38,838 bases of DNA from an uncultured Clostridia bacterium (GTDB lineage: Bacteria; Bacillota; Clostridia; Oscillospirales; Ruminococcaceae), in NCBI GenBank assembly GCA_947644575.1, contig CANRZX010000001.1, forward strand, positions 1 to 38,838. The letters are read 5' to 3'. The stretch's first letter is position 1, and each line of letters starts with the position of its first letter. Position numbers and translations under genes: made by a program. Below, one piece after another: positions 9,313-17,803 of the stretch. Under the pieces are notes generated by a model that was not told where the DNA came from, made no database searches, and was given only the letters and a program-made list of their open reading frames with translations.

Positions 9313-10035
9313 ATGAAAGAGTACCGCAAAGAGGTTTTGACCGTAAAGGACATTGCTTACATGATGGACCCCAGCGTATTGAAGCTGGATACCTCCTACG
9401 AGGATGTGTACGCCCTTGTAGAAGCCTGCAAAAAATACGATTTCGGCTGCTGCTTTGCATGGCCCGGCTATTATACGCTGCTCAGCGGGCTGCTCGAGGG
9501 CACCAATACGGCATTCGGCACATCGCTCAGCTTCCCTTCCGGCCAGGAGGCCACTTGCACAAAAGTGCAGCAGGCGGAATACTTTATGTCTATGCACCCG
9601 GCCGAGGTGGACATGGTGATGAACGTGGGCTGGCTGAAATCGAAAAAATACGACGAGGTGCTGGCGGATATCAAGGCTGTGCGCGCCGCCACGCAGGGCA
9701 CTTCACTAAAGGTCATTATTGAGGCGATGATCTTGACGGACGATGAGATCCGCAAGGCCTGCGAGCTGTGCGTGGAGGCGGGCGCGGATTATGTGAAATC
9801 CGGAACGGGCTTTTCGGCCAATCCCACTACCGTGCACCATGTTGAGGTGATGCACGAGGCCATTGCCGGGCGCGCCAAGCTGAAGGTGGCGGGCGGCGTG
9901 CGCGACCTGGATACACTGCTGAAAATGTACAAACGCGGCGCAGACCGCTTCGGTATCGGGCTTAAATCCGCCGTGAAAATCATCGAGGAAGCGATCGCCC
10001 TCGGCCATGATATCAACATGGCAGATGTGGAGTAA
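9313..10035 (+). CDS. deoC: Deoxyribose-phosphate aldolase family protein
   Basis: FPSG, EVDMVMN, LKVIIE, Schiff-base lysine in YVKSGTGF, and KVAGGVR. Confidence 0.85.
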   Translation: MKEYRKEVLTVKDIAYMMDPSVLKLDTSYEDVYALVEACKKYDFGCCFAWPGYYTLLSGLLEGTNTAFGTSLSFPSGQEATCTKVQQAEYFMSMHPAEVDMVMNVGWLKSKKYDEVLADIKAVRAATQGTSLKVIIEAMILTDDEIRKACELCVEAGADYVKSGTGFSANPTTVHHVEVMHEAIAGRAKLKVAGGVRDLDTLLKMYKRGADRFGIGLKSAVKIIEEAIALGHDINMADVE

Positions 10036-10070
10036 GAACATTTTTTCAAATCATACCGTGCTGCGGCACA

Positions 10071-10660
10071 ATATAGGACCCCCCCCCGGCAAAGCCGGGG
10101 GGTCTTCATAGACGGGCAAAGCCCTATGATATTAGCACGCGCGTCACGTCGCGCAAGTACGGTCTGCCAGCCGCGAAAGTTTTGTTACTTGCCACCCGCA
10201 AGCGGGCTTAAATGTTTCCCATCGTTAGCTGTTCTCCAGCTTTATCTTCGTCCAATTGGTGTTTGATGTATTCTTCGATTTTCTTTGCATTCTTCCCTGC
10301 TGTATCTACATATATCCTCTGCCCCAGAATCCCCGATTCCTATACTTGTATTTCAGATCCGGATACTTTTCATAGATCATCAAGCTGCTTTTTCCCTTCA
10401 AGTATCCCATGAAACTCGATATCGCCACTTTGGGTGGGATTTTCAAAAGCATATGTACATGATTTGGACACACCTCTGCTTCGACGATCTTCACTTTTTT
10501 CCAGTTGCACAGCGTCCGCAGAATTTCTCCTATTTCCCTTCGCTTCTCTCCATAAAATACCTTCCTGCGATATTTTGGCGCAAAAACTATGCGATACTTG
10601 CAATTCCATTTTGTATGCGATAAACTATTTACGTCATTCATTGTAATGACTTTCCTTGTA
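10071..10660 (-). mobile_element. IS200/IS605-family element relic (tnpA only)
   Basis: AT-rich Y1 transposase gene plus GC-rich subterminal hairpins at 10077-10207 (e.g. GACCCCCC..CGGC-AAA-GCCGGGGGGTC, TCATAG..GGGC-AAA-GCCCTATGA, CCCGC-AA-GCGGG). Confidence 0.8.
10208..10641 (-). pseudogene. tnpA: IS200 Y1 transposase, frameshifted near 10310
   Basis: SLSHTKWNCKY.IVF.PKYRRK, HVH (HUH) and LKGKSS motifs. The ORF stops at RGYM*, while the expected continuation VDTAGKNAKKIEEYIKHQLDED...GNI* lies in another frame ending at 10208. Confidence 0.88.
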
Positions 10661-10661
10661 C

Positions 10662-10700
10662 AAAAATCGGCGCGCCGCAGCGGTTCCCCTGCGGCGCGCC
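10662..10700 (-). terminator. Intrinsic terminator of the hydrogenase operon
   Basis: Perfect 12-bp stem GGCGCGCCGCAG/CTGCGGCGCGCC followed by ATTTTTG on the - strand. Confidence 0.7.
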
Positions 10701-10770
10701 CTGTGTAGAATTTTTAGATGCCGAATAACCTCAGCACACGTTTTTGGTTGAAAATTGCTCTGAGCCGCGC

Positions 10771-12519
10771 TCAATACAGCTTTTCGCGCGCGGTATAGCG
10801 AGTGTGCAGGATATGGTGCGCCTTTTCGCCGCCCGGCTCGCCGAGGTATTCGGCGTACACCTTTTTCAGCAGCGGGTTCTCGTGGCTCTTGCGCACGGCC
10901 TTGGCGTCGTCCTCACCGTACAGCGCGGCGGCGCGCAGCGCCTTCAGATCGGTGAAGTTGCGCACGCTCGCGGGCTGCGTGGGCTGTCCGCCGCCGTTGA
11001 CGCAGCCGCCCGGGCACGCCATAAACTCGATGAAGTCGTAGTGCTTCTCGCCGCTCTGCACGGCCTTCAGCACCGCGTCGCAGTTTGTCAGGCCGCTGGC
11101 GACGCACACGTTCAGGTGCAGGCCGCCCACGTCGTAGCTGGCCTCCTTGATCCCCTGCGTGCCGCGCACCTCGTGGAATTCAACCTTTTCCAGCGTCTCG
11201 CCGGTGACGAGCTCCACGGCCGTGCGCAGCGCGGCCTCCATCACGCCGCCCGTCGCGCCGAAGATCGTGGCGGCGCCGGTGCTCTCGCCGAGGGCCGGGT
11301 CAAATTCCTCGTCCGGCAGCTCGGCGAAGCGGATGCCCGCGCGCTCGATCATGCGGCCCAGCTCGCGCGTCGTGATCGAGATATCGACGTCGGGGATGCC
11401 CTCGCCCGCGGCGCTCATGTCCTCGCGGCCGATCTCGAATTTCTTCGCGGTGCAGGGCATCACGGACACGCACACGATATTGCGCGGGTCGAGGCCCATT
11501 TTTTCGGCGTAATAGGTTTTGGTCAGCGCGCCGAACATCTGCTGCGGGGATTTGCAGCTGGAGAGATTTGGAATCATATCGGGATAATACGTCTCGCAGA
11601 ATTTCACCCAGCCGGGGCTGCAGCTTGTGATGAGCGGCAGCGCGCCGCCGTTTTTCACGCGGTGGACGAACTCCGTGGCCTCCTCCATGATCGTGAAGTC
11701 GGCGGCGGTGTCGGTGTCAAACACGCCGTCAAAGCCGAGGCGGCGCAGCGCCGCGACCATCTTGCCCTCCACGTTCGTGCCGATGGGCAGGCCGAAGCAC
11801 TCGCCCAGCGTCGCGCGCACGCTCGGCGCGGGCTGCACCACGACGTGCTTTTCCGGATCGTTCAGCGCGGCCCACACCTTCGCGGTGTCGTCCTTTTCCG
11901 TCAGCGCGCCGGTGGGGCACACGGTGATGCACTGCCCGCACGAGACGCACGGCGAATCGCCGAGCTTCGCCTCGAACGCGCAGCCGATGTGCGTGGAAAA
12001 GCCGCGCTCGCTCGCGCCGATGACGCCCACGGCCTGATTGGCCCGGCACGCGGCCACGCAGCGGCGGCACAGGATGCACTTGTTGTTGTCGCGGATCATA
12101 TGCGGCGCGGAATCGTCGACCGCGTACGTCTCGCGCGCGCCGGAAAAACGTTTGCCGTCCACACCGTAGTCGCGGCACAGCTTCTGCAACTCGCAGTCGG
12201 TGCTGCGCACACAGGACAGGCAGTCCTGATCGTGGGTCGAGAGCAGCAGCTCCAAATTGGTGCGGCGCGCGGCCTGCACCTTTTCGCTGTTCGTCACGAT
12301 CTCCATGCCGTCGCTGACGGGATACACGCACGCCGTGACGAGGCTGCGCGCGCCCTTGACCTCGACCACGCAGATGCGGCACGCGCCGATCTCGTTGATC
12401 TCCTTCAGATAGCACAGCGTCGGGATCTCGACGCCCACGCTGTGCGCCGCCTCCAAAATGGTGGAGCCGGCAGCGACCTCATACGATACGTTGTTGATTT
12501 TGATCTGTACGGTTTCCAT
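10771..12519 (-). CDS. hndD: [FeFe]-hydrogenase group A catalytic subunit (HndD/HydA type)
   Basis: H-cluster motifs TSCSPGW, MPCTAKKFE and EFMACPGGCVNGGGQP; N-terminal 2Fe-2S, His-ligated 4Fe-4S (H...C..C.....C) and 2x4Fe-4S motifs. Confidence 0.93.
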   Translation of the reverse strand: METVQIKINNVSYEVAAGSTILEAAHSVGVEIPTLCYLKEINEIGACRICVVEVKGARSLVTACVYPVSDGMEIVTNSEKVQAARRTNLELLLSTHDQDCLSCVRSTDCELQKLCRDYGVDGKRFSGARETYAVDDSAPHMIRDNNKCILCRRCVAACRANQAVGVIGASERGFSTHIGCAFEAKLGDSPCVSCGQCITVCPTGALTEKDDTAKVWAALNDPEKHVVVQPAPSVRATLGECFGLPIGTNVEGKMVAALRRLGFDGVFDTDTAADFTIMEEATEFVHRVKNGGALPLITSCSPGWVKFCETYYPDMIPNLSSCKSPQQMFGALTKTYYAEKMGLDPRNIVCVSVMPCTAKKFEIGREDMSAAGEGIPDVDISITTRELGRMIERAGIRFAELPDEEFDPALGESTGAATIFGATGGVMEAALRTAVELVTGETLEKVEFHEVRGTQGIKEASYDVGGLHLNVCVASGLTNCDAVLKAVQSGEKHYDFIEFMACPGGCVNGGGQPTQPASVRNFTDLKALRAAALYGEDDAKAVRKSHENPLLKKVYAEYLGEPGGEKAHHILHTRYTAREKLY

Positions 12520-12537
12520 CTGTCGTCACTCCCCCTC

Positions 12538-14331
12538 TTAGCCCTTGTGGATGGCGCCGAACTTGCACTTCTCGATGCAGGCGCCGCATTTGATGCACTT
12601 CGCGGTGTCGATGCTGTGCGGCTGGCGCACGGTGCCGCGGATCGCGCCCGCCGGGCAGGTGCGCGCGCACAGCGTGCAGCCCTTGCACTTGACCGGGTCG
12701 ATCTGGTAATTCAGCAGCGCCTTGCACACGCCCGCCGGGCAGCGCTTATTGACGATGTGCTCGACGTATTCGTCGCGGAAATAGCGCAGCGTCGAGAGCA
12801 CCGGGTTCGGCGCGGTCTGGCCGAGGCCGCACAGGCTGTTCGCCTTGATGAATTCCGCCAGCTCGCCGATCTTGTCCAAATCCTCCATTGTGCCGTTGCC
12901 GTCGGTGATCTTGTTCAGCAGCTCCAGCAGGCGCTTGGTGCCCACGCGGCACGGCGTGCACTTGCCGCAGCTTTCGTCCACGGTGAACTCGAGGAAGAAT
13001 TTCGCGATGTCCACCATGCAGGTGTCCTCGTCCATGACGATCAGGCCGCCGGAGCCCATCATGCTGCCGATGGCGATCAGGTTGTCGTAGTCGATGGGTG
13101 TGTCGATCAGGCTGGCCGGGATGCAGCCGCCCGACGGGCCGCCCGTCTGCGCGGCCTTGAATTTCTTGCCGTTCGGGATGCCGCCGCCGATCTCCTCGAC
13201 GATGGTGCGCAGCGTCGTGCCCATTGGGATCTCGACAAGGCCCGTGTTTTTGATCTTGCCGCCGAGCGCGAACACCTTGGTGCCCTTGCTCCTGGCGGTG
13301 CCCATGCCCGCGAACCAGTCCGCGCCGTTCAGGATGATCTGCGGCACGTTGGCGTAGGTCTCGACGTTGTTCAGGATGGTCGGCTGGCCGAACAGGCCCT
13401 TCACGGCCGGGAACGGCGGGCGGGGCCGCGGCTCGCCGCGCTTGCCCTCGATGGACGTCATGAGGGCCGTCTCCTCGCCGCAGACGAACGCGCCCGCGCC
13501 GAGCTTGATGTCGAGGTCGAAGCAGAAATCCGTGCCGAAAATATTTTTGCCGAGCAGGCCGTATTCCCGCGCCTGGTCGATGGCCACCCGCAGGCGGTGC
13601 ACGGCGATGGGATATTCCGCGCGGATGTACACATAGCCCTGCGTCGCGCCGATGGCGTAGCCCGCGATGGCCATCGCCTCGATCACGACGTGCGGGTCGC
13701 CCTCGAGCACGCTGCGGTCCATAAACGCGCCGGGGTCGCCCTCGTCGGCGTTGCAGCACACGTACTTCTGCACATTGCCCCGGTTGCCGGAGGCAAGCTG
13801 CCACTTGCGCCCGGTGGGGAAGCCCGCGCCGCCGCGGCCGCGCAGGCCGGAATCCAGCACCGTCTGGATCACGTCGTCCGGCGTCATTTCCGTGAGCACC
13901 TTGCCCAGCGCGCGATAGCCGTCGAACGCGATGTATTCCTCGATGTTCTCCGGGTCGATGCGCCCGCAGTTGCGCAGCGCGATGCGGCGCTGCTTCTTGT
14001 AAAAGGCCGTCTCGTCGAGGCTCTTGACCGTGCCGTCCTCGCCGACCGTCTCGTCGTACAACAGGCGCGTGACGGGGCGGCCCTTCAGCAGGTGCTCGTC
14101 GACGATCTCCTTGACGTTTTCCTCCTTGACCATGCTGTAAAAGCTGCCCTCGGGGTAAATCACGACGATGGGCCCCAGCGCGCACAGGCCAAAGCAGCCC
14201 GTGCGCACGACGCACACCTCGTTCTCAAGGCCGGTGGCCTTGATCTCGTCCTCAAACGCCTTGGCGATCTTGTCGCTGCCGGAGGAGGTACAGCCCGTAC
14301 CGCCGCAGACCATGACATGGCTTCTATACAT
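12538..14331 (-). CDS. hndC: NuoF-like flavin/NAD(P)H-binding hydrogenase subunit (HndC/HydB)
   Basis: GRGGAGFPTG, NADEGDPGAFMD, GAGAFVCGEET, GGPSGG, ESCGKCTPCRVG and C-terminal 2x4Fe-4S motifs. Confidence 0.92.
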   Translation of the reverse strand: MYRSHVMVCGGTGCTSSGSDKIAKAFEDEIKATGLENEVCVVRTGCFGLCALGPIVVIYPEGSFYSMVKEENVKEIVDEHLLKGRPVTRLLYDETVGEDGTVKSLDETAFYKKQRRIALRNCGRIDPENIEEYIAFDGYRALGKVLTEMTPDDVIQTVLDSGLRGRGGAGFPTGRKWQLASGNRGNVQKYVCCNADEGDPGAFMDRSVLEGDPHVVIEAMAIAGYAIGATQGYVYIRAEYPIAVHRLRVAIDQAREYGLLGKNIFGTDFCFDLDIKLGAGAFVCGEETALMTSIEGKRGEPRPRPPFPAVKGLFGQPTILNNVETYANVPQIILNGADWFAGMGTARSKGTKVFALGGKIKNTGLVEIPMGTTLRTIVEEIGGGIPNGKKFKAAQTGGPSGGCIPASLIDTPIDYDNLIAIGSMMGSGGLIVMDEDTCMVDIAKFFLEFTVDESCGKCTPCRVGTKRLLELLNKITDGNGTMEDLDKIGELAEFIKANSLCGLGQTAPNPVLSTLRYFRDEYVEHIVNKRCPAGVCKALLNYQIDPVKCKGCTLCARTCPAGAIRGTVRQPHSIDTAKCIKCGACIEKCKFGAIHKG

Positions 14332-14343
14332 TGTCCTTCCTCC

Positions 14344-14712
14344 TTACTGCGCGCTCGCGATCGTGTATTCGGCGACGGGCGTCCCGCCCACAAGGTGCTC
14401 GGCCACGACGCGCGCGGCCTTTTCCGGCGTCATTTTTACATAAGTAACCTTTTCCTCGCCCTCGCGAAACACCTCGACAACCGGTTCGTACTGGCACAGG
14501 CCGATGCAGCCCGTCTGGGTGACAAGCACGCCGTGCAGGCCGCTTTTCGCGACTTCCTCGGTAAAGGCGTTCAACACGCCGCGCGCGCCGGCGGCGATGC
14601 CGCAGGTGGCCATGCCGACCGCGACGCGCGTCGCGTCATGCGCGGCCTCGCGCGTCTCGACGGTCTGCTTCATCTTGTCGCGGATCGCGGCAAGCTCTTC
14701 CAAACTTTTCAT
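14344..14712 (-). CDS. hndB: Thioredoxin-like (2Fe-2S) ferredoxin subunit (HndB/HydD)
   Basis: MKSLEEL..IR, VGMATCGIAAGA and TGCIGLCQYEP motifs; own RBS AAAGGAG before ATG14712. Confidence 0.85.
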   Translation of the reverse strand: MKSLEELAAIRDKMKQTVETREAAHDATRVAVGMATCGIAAGARGVLNAFTEEVAKSGLHGVLVTQTGCIGLCQYEPVVEVFREGEEKVTYVKMTPEKAARVVAEHLVGGTPVAEYTIASAQ

Positions 14713-15387
14713 ACCGTGTTCTCCTTTTTGTAGAAATAGAGAAAGATTTTCCGTAAAGTATTTTTTCAGGGACAGAAACGCGCGGGCGTCCCCCGGCGCG
14801 AAGCCCTCCGTCACGGCGCGCAGCGCCTGCTCTCCGGCGATAAATTCGCGCGCCGCGCAGGGGGCGGCGTTTGCGCCGCCATCCGTCCCGCCGTCCACGC
14901 GGGCCGAAACCGTGAAATCGATTTCCGGATGTCCGCCGACAATGGCCGCCAGCGTCTCCGGCAGCGCCCCGAGCGGCGGGCAGTCGATGTGCGCCCGGCG
15001 GAAAACCGCCGTGACGCGCGTGCCCCGGTCGGGCGCGCTCTCGACCGTGAACGCGCCGCCCGTGCGCAGCGCCGCCGCTTTGCACAGCGGCAGGCCTAAC
15101 CCGACGCCGCGTGTGGCGCGCGTGGTGTAAAACGGGCTTTGCGCCAGCCGCGCCTGCTGTGCCGTCATGCCCCGGCCGTTGTCCGCGACGCACATCGTCA
15201 AGCGCGCGGAGCCTTGGGGGAAGGCGGAGGGCCCCGGCCGGGCGTTTTCCGTCGGCCCTGTCCATGCGCGGCCCCCGGCGGCCTCCTCCAGCGCGAGGAC
15301 GATCTCCACCCGCGCGCCGCGCACGCCGTTCACCGCCGCCGCGGCGTTTTCCGCGAGGTCCAGCAGGTGCAGGGAGAGCTCCCGCAT
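14344..15387 (-). CDS. HATPase_c ATP-binding protein, open in frame into hndB
   Basis: MRELSLH.LD..EN, DNGRGM, PFYTTR..R.VGLGLP, GT.V.A.F and HID.PPLG motifs; no stop codon before the hndB ATG. Confidence 0.75.
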   Translation of the reverse strand: MRELSLHLLDLAENAAAAVNGVRGARVEIVLALEEAAGGRAWTGPTENARPGPSAFPQGSARLTMCVADNGRGMTAQQARLAQSPFYTTRATRGVGLGLPLCKAAALRTGGAFTVESAPDRGTRVTAVFRRAHIDCPPLGALPETLAAIVGGHPEIDFTVSARVDGGTDGGANAAPCAAREFIAGEQALRAVTEGFAPGDARAFLSLKKYFTENLSLFLQKGEHGMKSLEELAAIRDKMKQTVETREAAHDATRVAVGMATCGIAAGARGVLNAFTEEVAKSGLHGVLVTQTGCIGLCQYEPVVEVFREGEEKVTYVKMTPEKAARVVAEHLVGGTPVAEYTIASAQ

Positions 15388-15390
15388 CGC

Positions 15391-15879
15391 TTAATATTTC
15401 GCCAAAATGTCGTCCAGCTCGTCGCCGGTCAGGCGGCCGTAGACGTCGTCGTTGATCGTCATGACGGGCGCGAGGCCGCACGCGCCGATGCAGCGGCACG
15501 CGTCCAAGCTGAACTTGCCGTCCGCCGTGCACTCGCCACCGGAGATGCCGAGCTTTTCCTGCAAACTCTCGTAAATTTTGCCGCTGCCCTTGACATAGCA
15601 CGCCGTGCCAAGGCAGACGCTGATCTTGTATTCACCCTTGGGGCAAAGGCTGAACTGCGAATAAAACGTGGAGATGCCGTAGATCTCCGCCAGGGGCTTA
15701 TCCAGCGCGTCGGCCACCATGCGCTGAACCTCGATGGGCAGATATCCGTAAATCTCCTGGGCCTTCTGCAAGGCGGGCATCGCCGCGCCGGGCATCGCCT
15801 TGTGCGCGTCGAGCCATGCGCTCAGCTCGGCCTCCTGCTCCTTTGTGCCCGAGAACGGCACGGTGGAAAAGCGCCTCAT
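15391..15879 (-). CDS. hndA: NuoE-like 2Fe-2S hydrogenase subunit (HndA/HydC)
   Basis: AQEIYGYLP, TFYSQF, VCLGTACYVKG and CIGACGLAPV motifs; AGGAGG RBS. Confidence 0.9.
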   Translation of the reverse strand: MRRFSTVPFSGTKEQEAELSAWLDAHKAMPGAAMPALQKAQEIYGYLPIEVQRMVADALDKPLAEIYGISTFYSQFSLCPKGEYKISVCLGTACYVKGSGKIYESLQEKLGISGGECTADGKFSLDACRCIGACGLAPVMTINDDVYGRLTGDELDDILAKY

Positions 15880-16045
15880 AAATGAATCCTCCTACTTGAG
15901 TTAATCACGGGCTTCGCCACCGGGTGTCCCCATGCGGCGGGCTCGCGCCGGCCAAAGCCGTGTTTCCCTGAAAATAAGGCCGGAATCCCTTCCGGCGCCG
16001 TAAGCCATGCGGTCCCGGCGCTTGAAGCCGACCCAGATACGTATC

Positions 16046-16096
16046 ATTATATCAGATGTTCGTTAAAAAAACGACAGGTTAGCAAATTTAACCTGC
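16046..16096 (-). promoter_or_regulatory. Putative sigma-A promoter of the hydrogenase operon with upstream palindromic operator (Rex-like?)
   Basis: Extended -10 TGATATAAT on the - strand (16046-16054); palindrome CAGGTTA-GCAAATT-TAACCTG at 16075-16095. Confidence 0.45.
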
Positions 16097-16302
16097 CGTT
16101 TTTATAGAGAAATTGTTCAACGTTTTTTGTATATTTTCCACAAAATAAAACCTTTTTTGCCGTTTTGCAAACGCTTTCCAAAGGCGGCACACCGCGCTCG
16201 CGCGGGCTCGGGACAAGCGGGGATGGAAACGGGCCGGAAAAGTTTGGAAGAGGCGTGCGGGAAAGCGGAGCGCGCACGGCAGGGCGCGGCAAAAACGCGC
16301 GC

Positions 16303-17760
16303 TCAGCGCGTCCGGTTCCACGTGTGGCGGCTGAACAACACGAGAATAGGGAAAATTTCGAGGCGCCCCAGCAGCATATCCAGCGAAAGGATCACCTTGG
16401 CAAATGGGGAAAAAAGCGCGTAATTCCCCGTCGGGCCGACCATATCCAGCCCCGGCCCGATGTTGTTCAGGCAGGCGATCACGGCGGTCAGGTTGGTCTC
16501 CATCGAAAAATCGTCGACGGAAACCAGCAAAAAGCTGACGACCGCGAGCGCGCAGTACGCGGCCATGTACACATTCACGCCCCGCAGCACGTCGTCCTTG
16601 ACGACCCGATGGTTGATGTGTACGACATTCACGCTGCGCGGACGCAGCATCCGGCGCACCTCAGCCGCGAGGCTCTTGCCCAAAAGCAGGACACGCGCCG
16701 CCTTTATACCGCCGCCTGTGCTGCCCGCCGACGCGCCGATCACCATCAGGATGCACAGGATCGAGCGCGAAAGCTGCGGCCAGACGTTGAAATCCGCCGT
16801 GGCGAAGCCCGTCGTCGTCATAATGCTGCTGACGGTGAACGACGCGTGATGGAACGCCTCGCCAAAGCCCGAAAACAGCGGGCGCACGTCTACCGCGATG
16901 AGGAACATCGCCCCGAGCATCACGCCGAGATAGAGCAGCAGCTCCTCGTCGAACAGCGCCGCGCGCCATTCGCGCAGCAAAAGCAGGAAATAAATGCTGA
17001 AGTTCACGCCGAACAGCGCCATGAACACGGTGCATACGTTTTGCAGATAGGGGCTGTACCCGGCCATGCTGTCGTTGCGGATGCCGAAGCCGCCCGTGCC
17101 CGCCGTACCGAAGGCCGTGCACAGGCTGTCGAACAGGGGCATCCCGCCCGCCAGCAGAAAACCGACGCAAGCGACGGTCAGCACGATATAGATTTTATAA
17201 AGGAGGCTCGCGGTCTGGCGCATGCGCGGCACGATCTTGCCGACGCTCGGCCCCGGGCTCTCGGCGCGCAGCAGATGGATGCCGTAGCCCGAGCCCTTGC
17301 CCGTGGGCACAACGGCCAGCAGGAACACTAACATCCCCATGCCGCCCAGCCAGTGCGTAAAGCTGCGCCAATACAAAAGGCCGCGGCTCATGGCCTCGAC
17401 ATTTGTCAAGATGGACGCGCCCGTCGTGGTGAAGCCGGAAACCGTCTCAAAAAAGGCGTCTACATAACGGGGAATCTCACGCGAGAGGTAAAACGGAAAC
17501 GCGCCGGCCGCCGAGAGCAGCAGCCAGCCCAGCGCCACAATGATAAAGCCCTCGCGCGCATAGAAGTCGCGCGTGGCCCCGCGTCCCGCCAGCAACAGCG
17601 CGCCGGACAGCACAGCCAGCAGCGCGATCGTCCACAAAAAACCGCGCAGCGGGGCGCCTGTCTCGCCATAGCACAGGCATACCGCGGCGGCGGGCAGCAT
17701 GAACGCCGCCTCCAAAGCAAATAGCACGCCCAGCATCCGGGCGATCATTTTTTTATTCAT
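16303..17760 (-). CDS. trkH: Trk potassium uptake membrane subunit
   Basis: FFETVSGFTTTGAS, WLGGMG, GTGGF, TTTGF, GSTGGGIK, NNIGPG and GRLEI motifs. Confidence 0.93.
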   Translation of the reverse strand: MNKKMIARMLGVLFALEAAFMLPAAAVCLCYGETGAPLRGFLWTIALLAVLSGALLLAGRGATRDFYAREGFIIVALGWLLLSAAGAFPFYLSREIPRYVDAFFETVSGFTTTGASILTNVEAMSRGLLYWRSFTHWLGGMGMLVFLLAVVPTGKGSGYGIHLLRAESPGPSVGKIVPRMRQTASLLYKIYIVLTVACVGFLLAGGMPLFDSLCTAFGTAGTGGFGIRNDSMAGYSPYLQNVCTVFMALFGVNFSIYFLLLLREWRAALFDEELLLYLGVMLGAMFLIAVDVRPLFSGFGEAFHHASFTVSSIMTTTGFATADFNVWPQLSRSILCILMVIGASAGSTGGGIKAARVLLLGKSLAAEVRRMLRPRSVNVVHINHRVVKDDVLRGVNVYMAAYCALAVVSFLLVSVDDFSMETNLTAVIACLNNIGPGLDMVGPTGNYALFSPFAKVILSLDMLLGRLEIFPILVLFSRHTWNRTR

Positions 17761-17803
17761 GCGTCCTCCGCTCCGGTAAGCGCCGAGCTCCGGCCCCTAC
17801 CGC

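Noticed and set aside
10071-10210. TnpB/IscB with omega-RNA
   Set aside because: There is no tnpB or iscB ORF; only ~130 nt follow tnpA.
10744-14733. 1329-aa + strand ORF
   Set aside because: Antisense shadow of the hydrogenase genes, caused by high GC3; no recognisable motifs.
17771-17803. CCGGTAAGCGCCGA between trkA and trkH, resembling a family C end
   Set aside because: The match is too short and has no partner inverted repeat.
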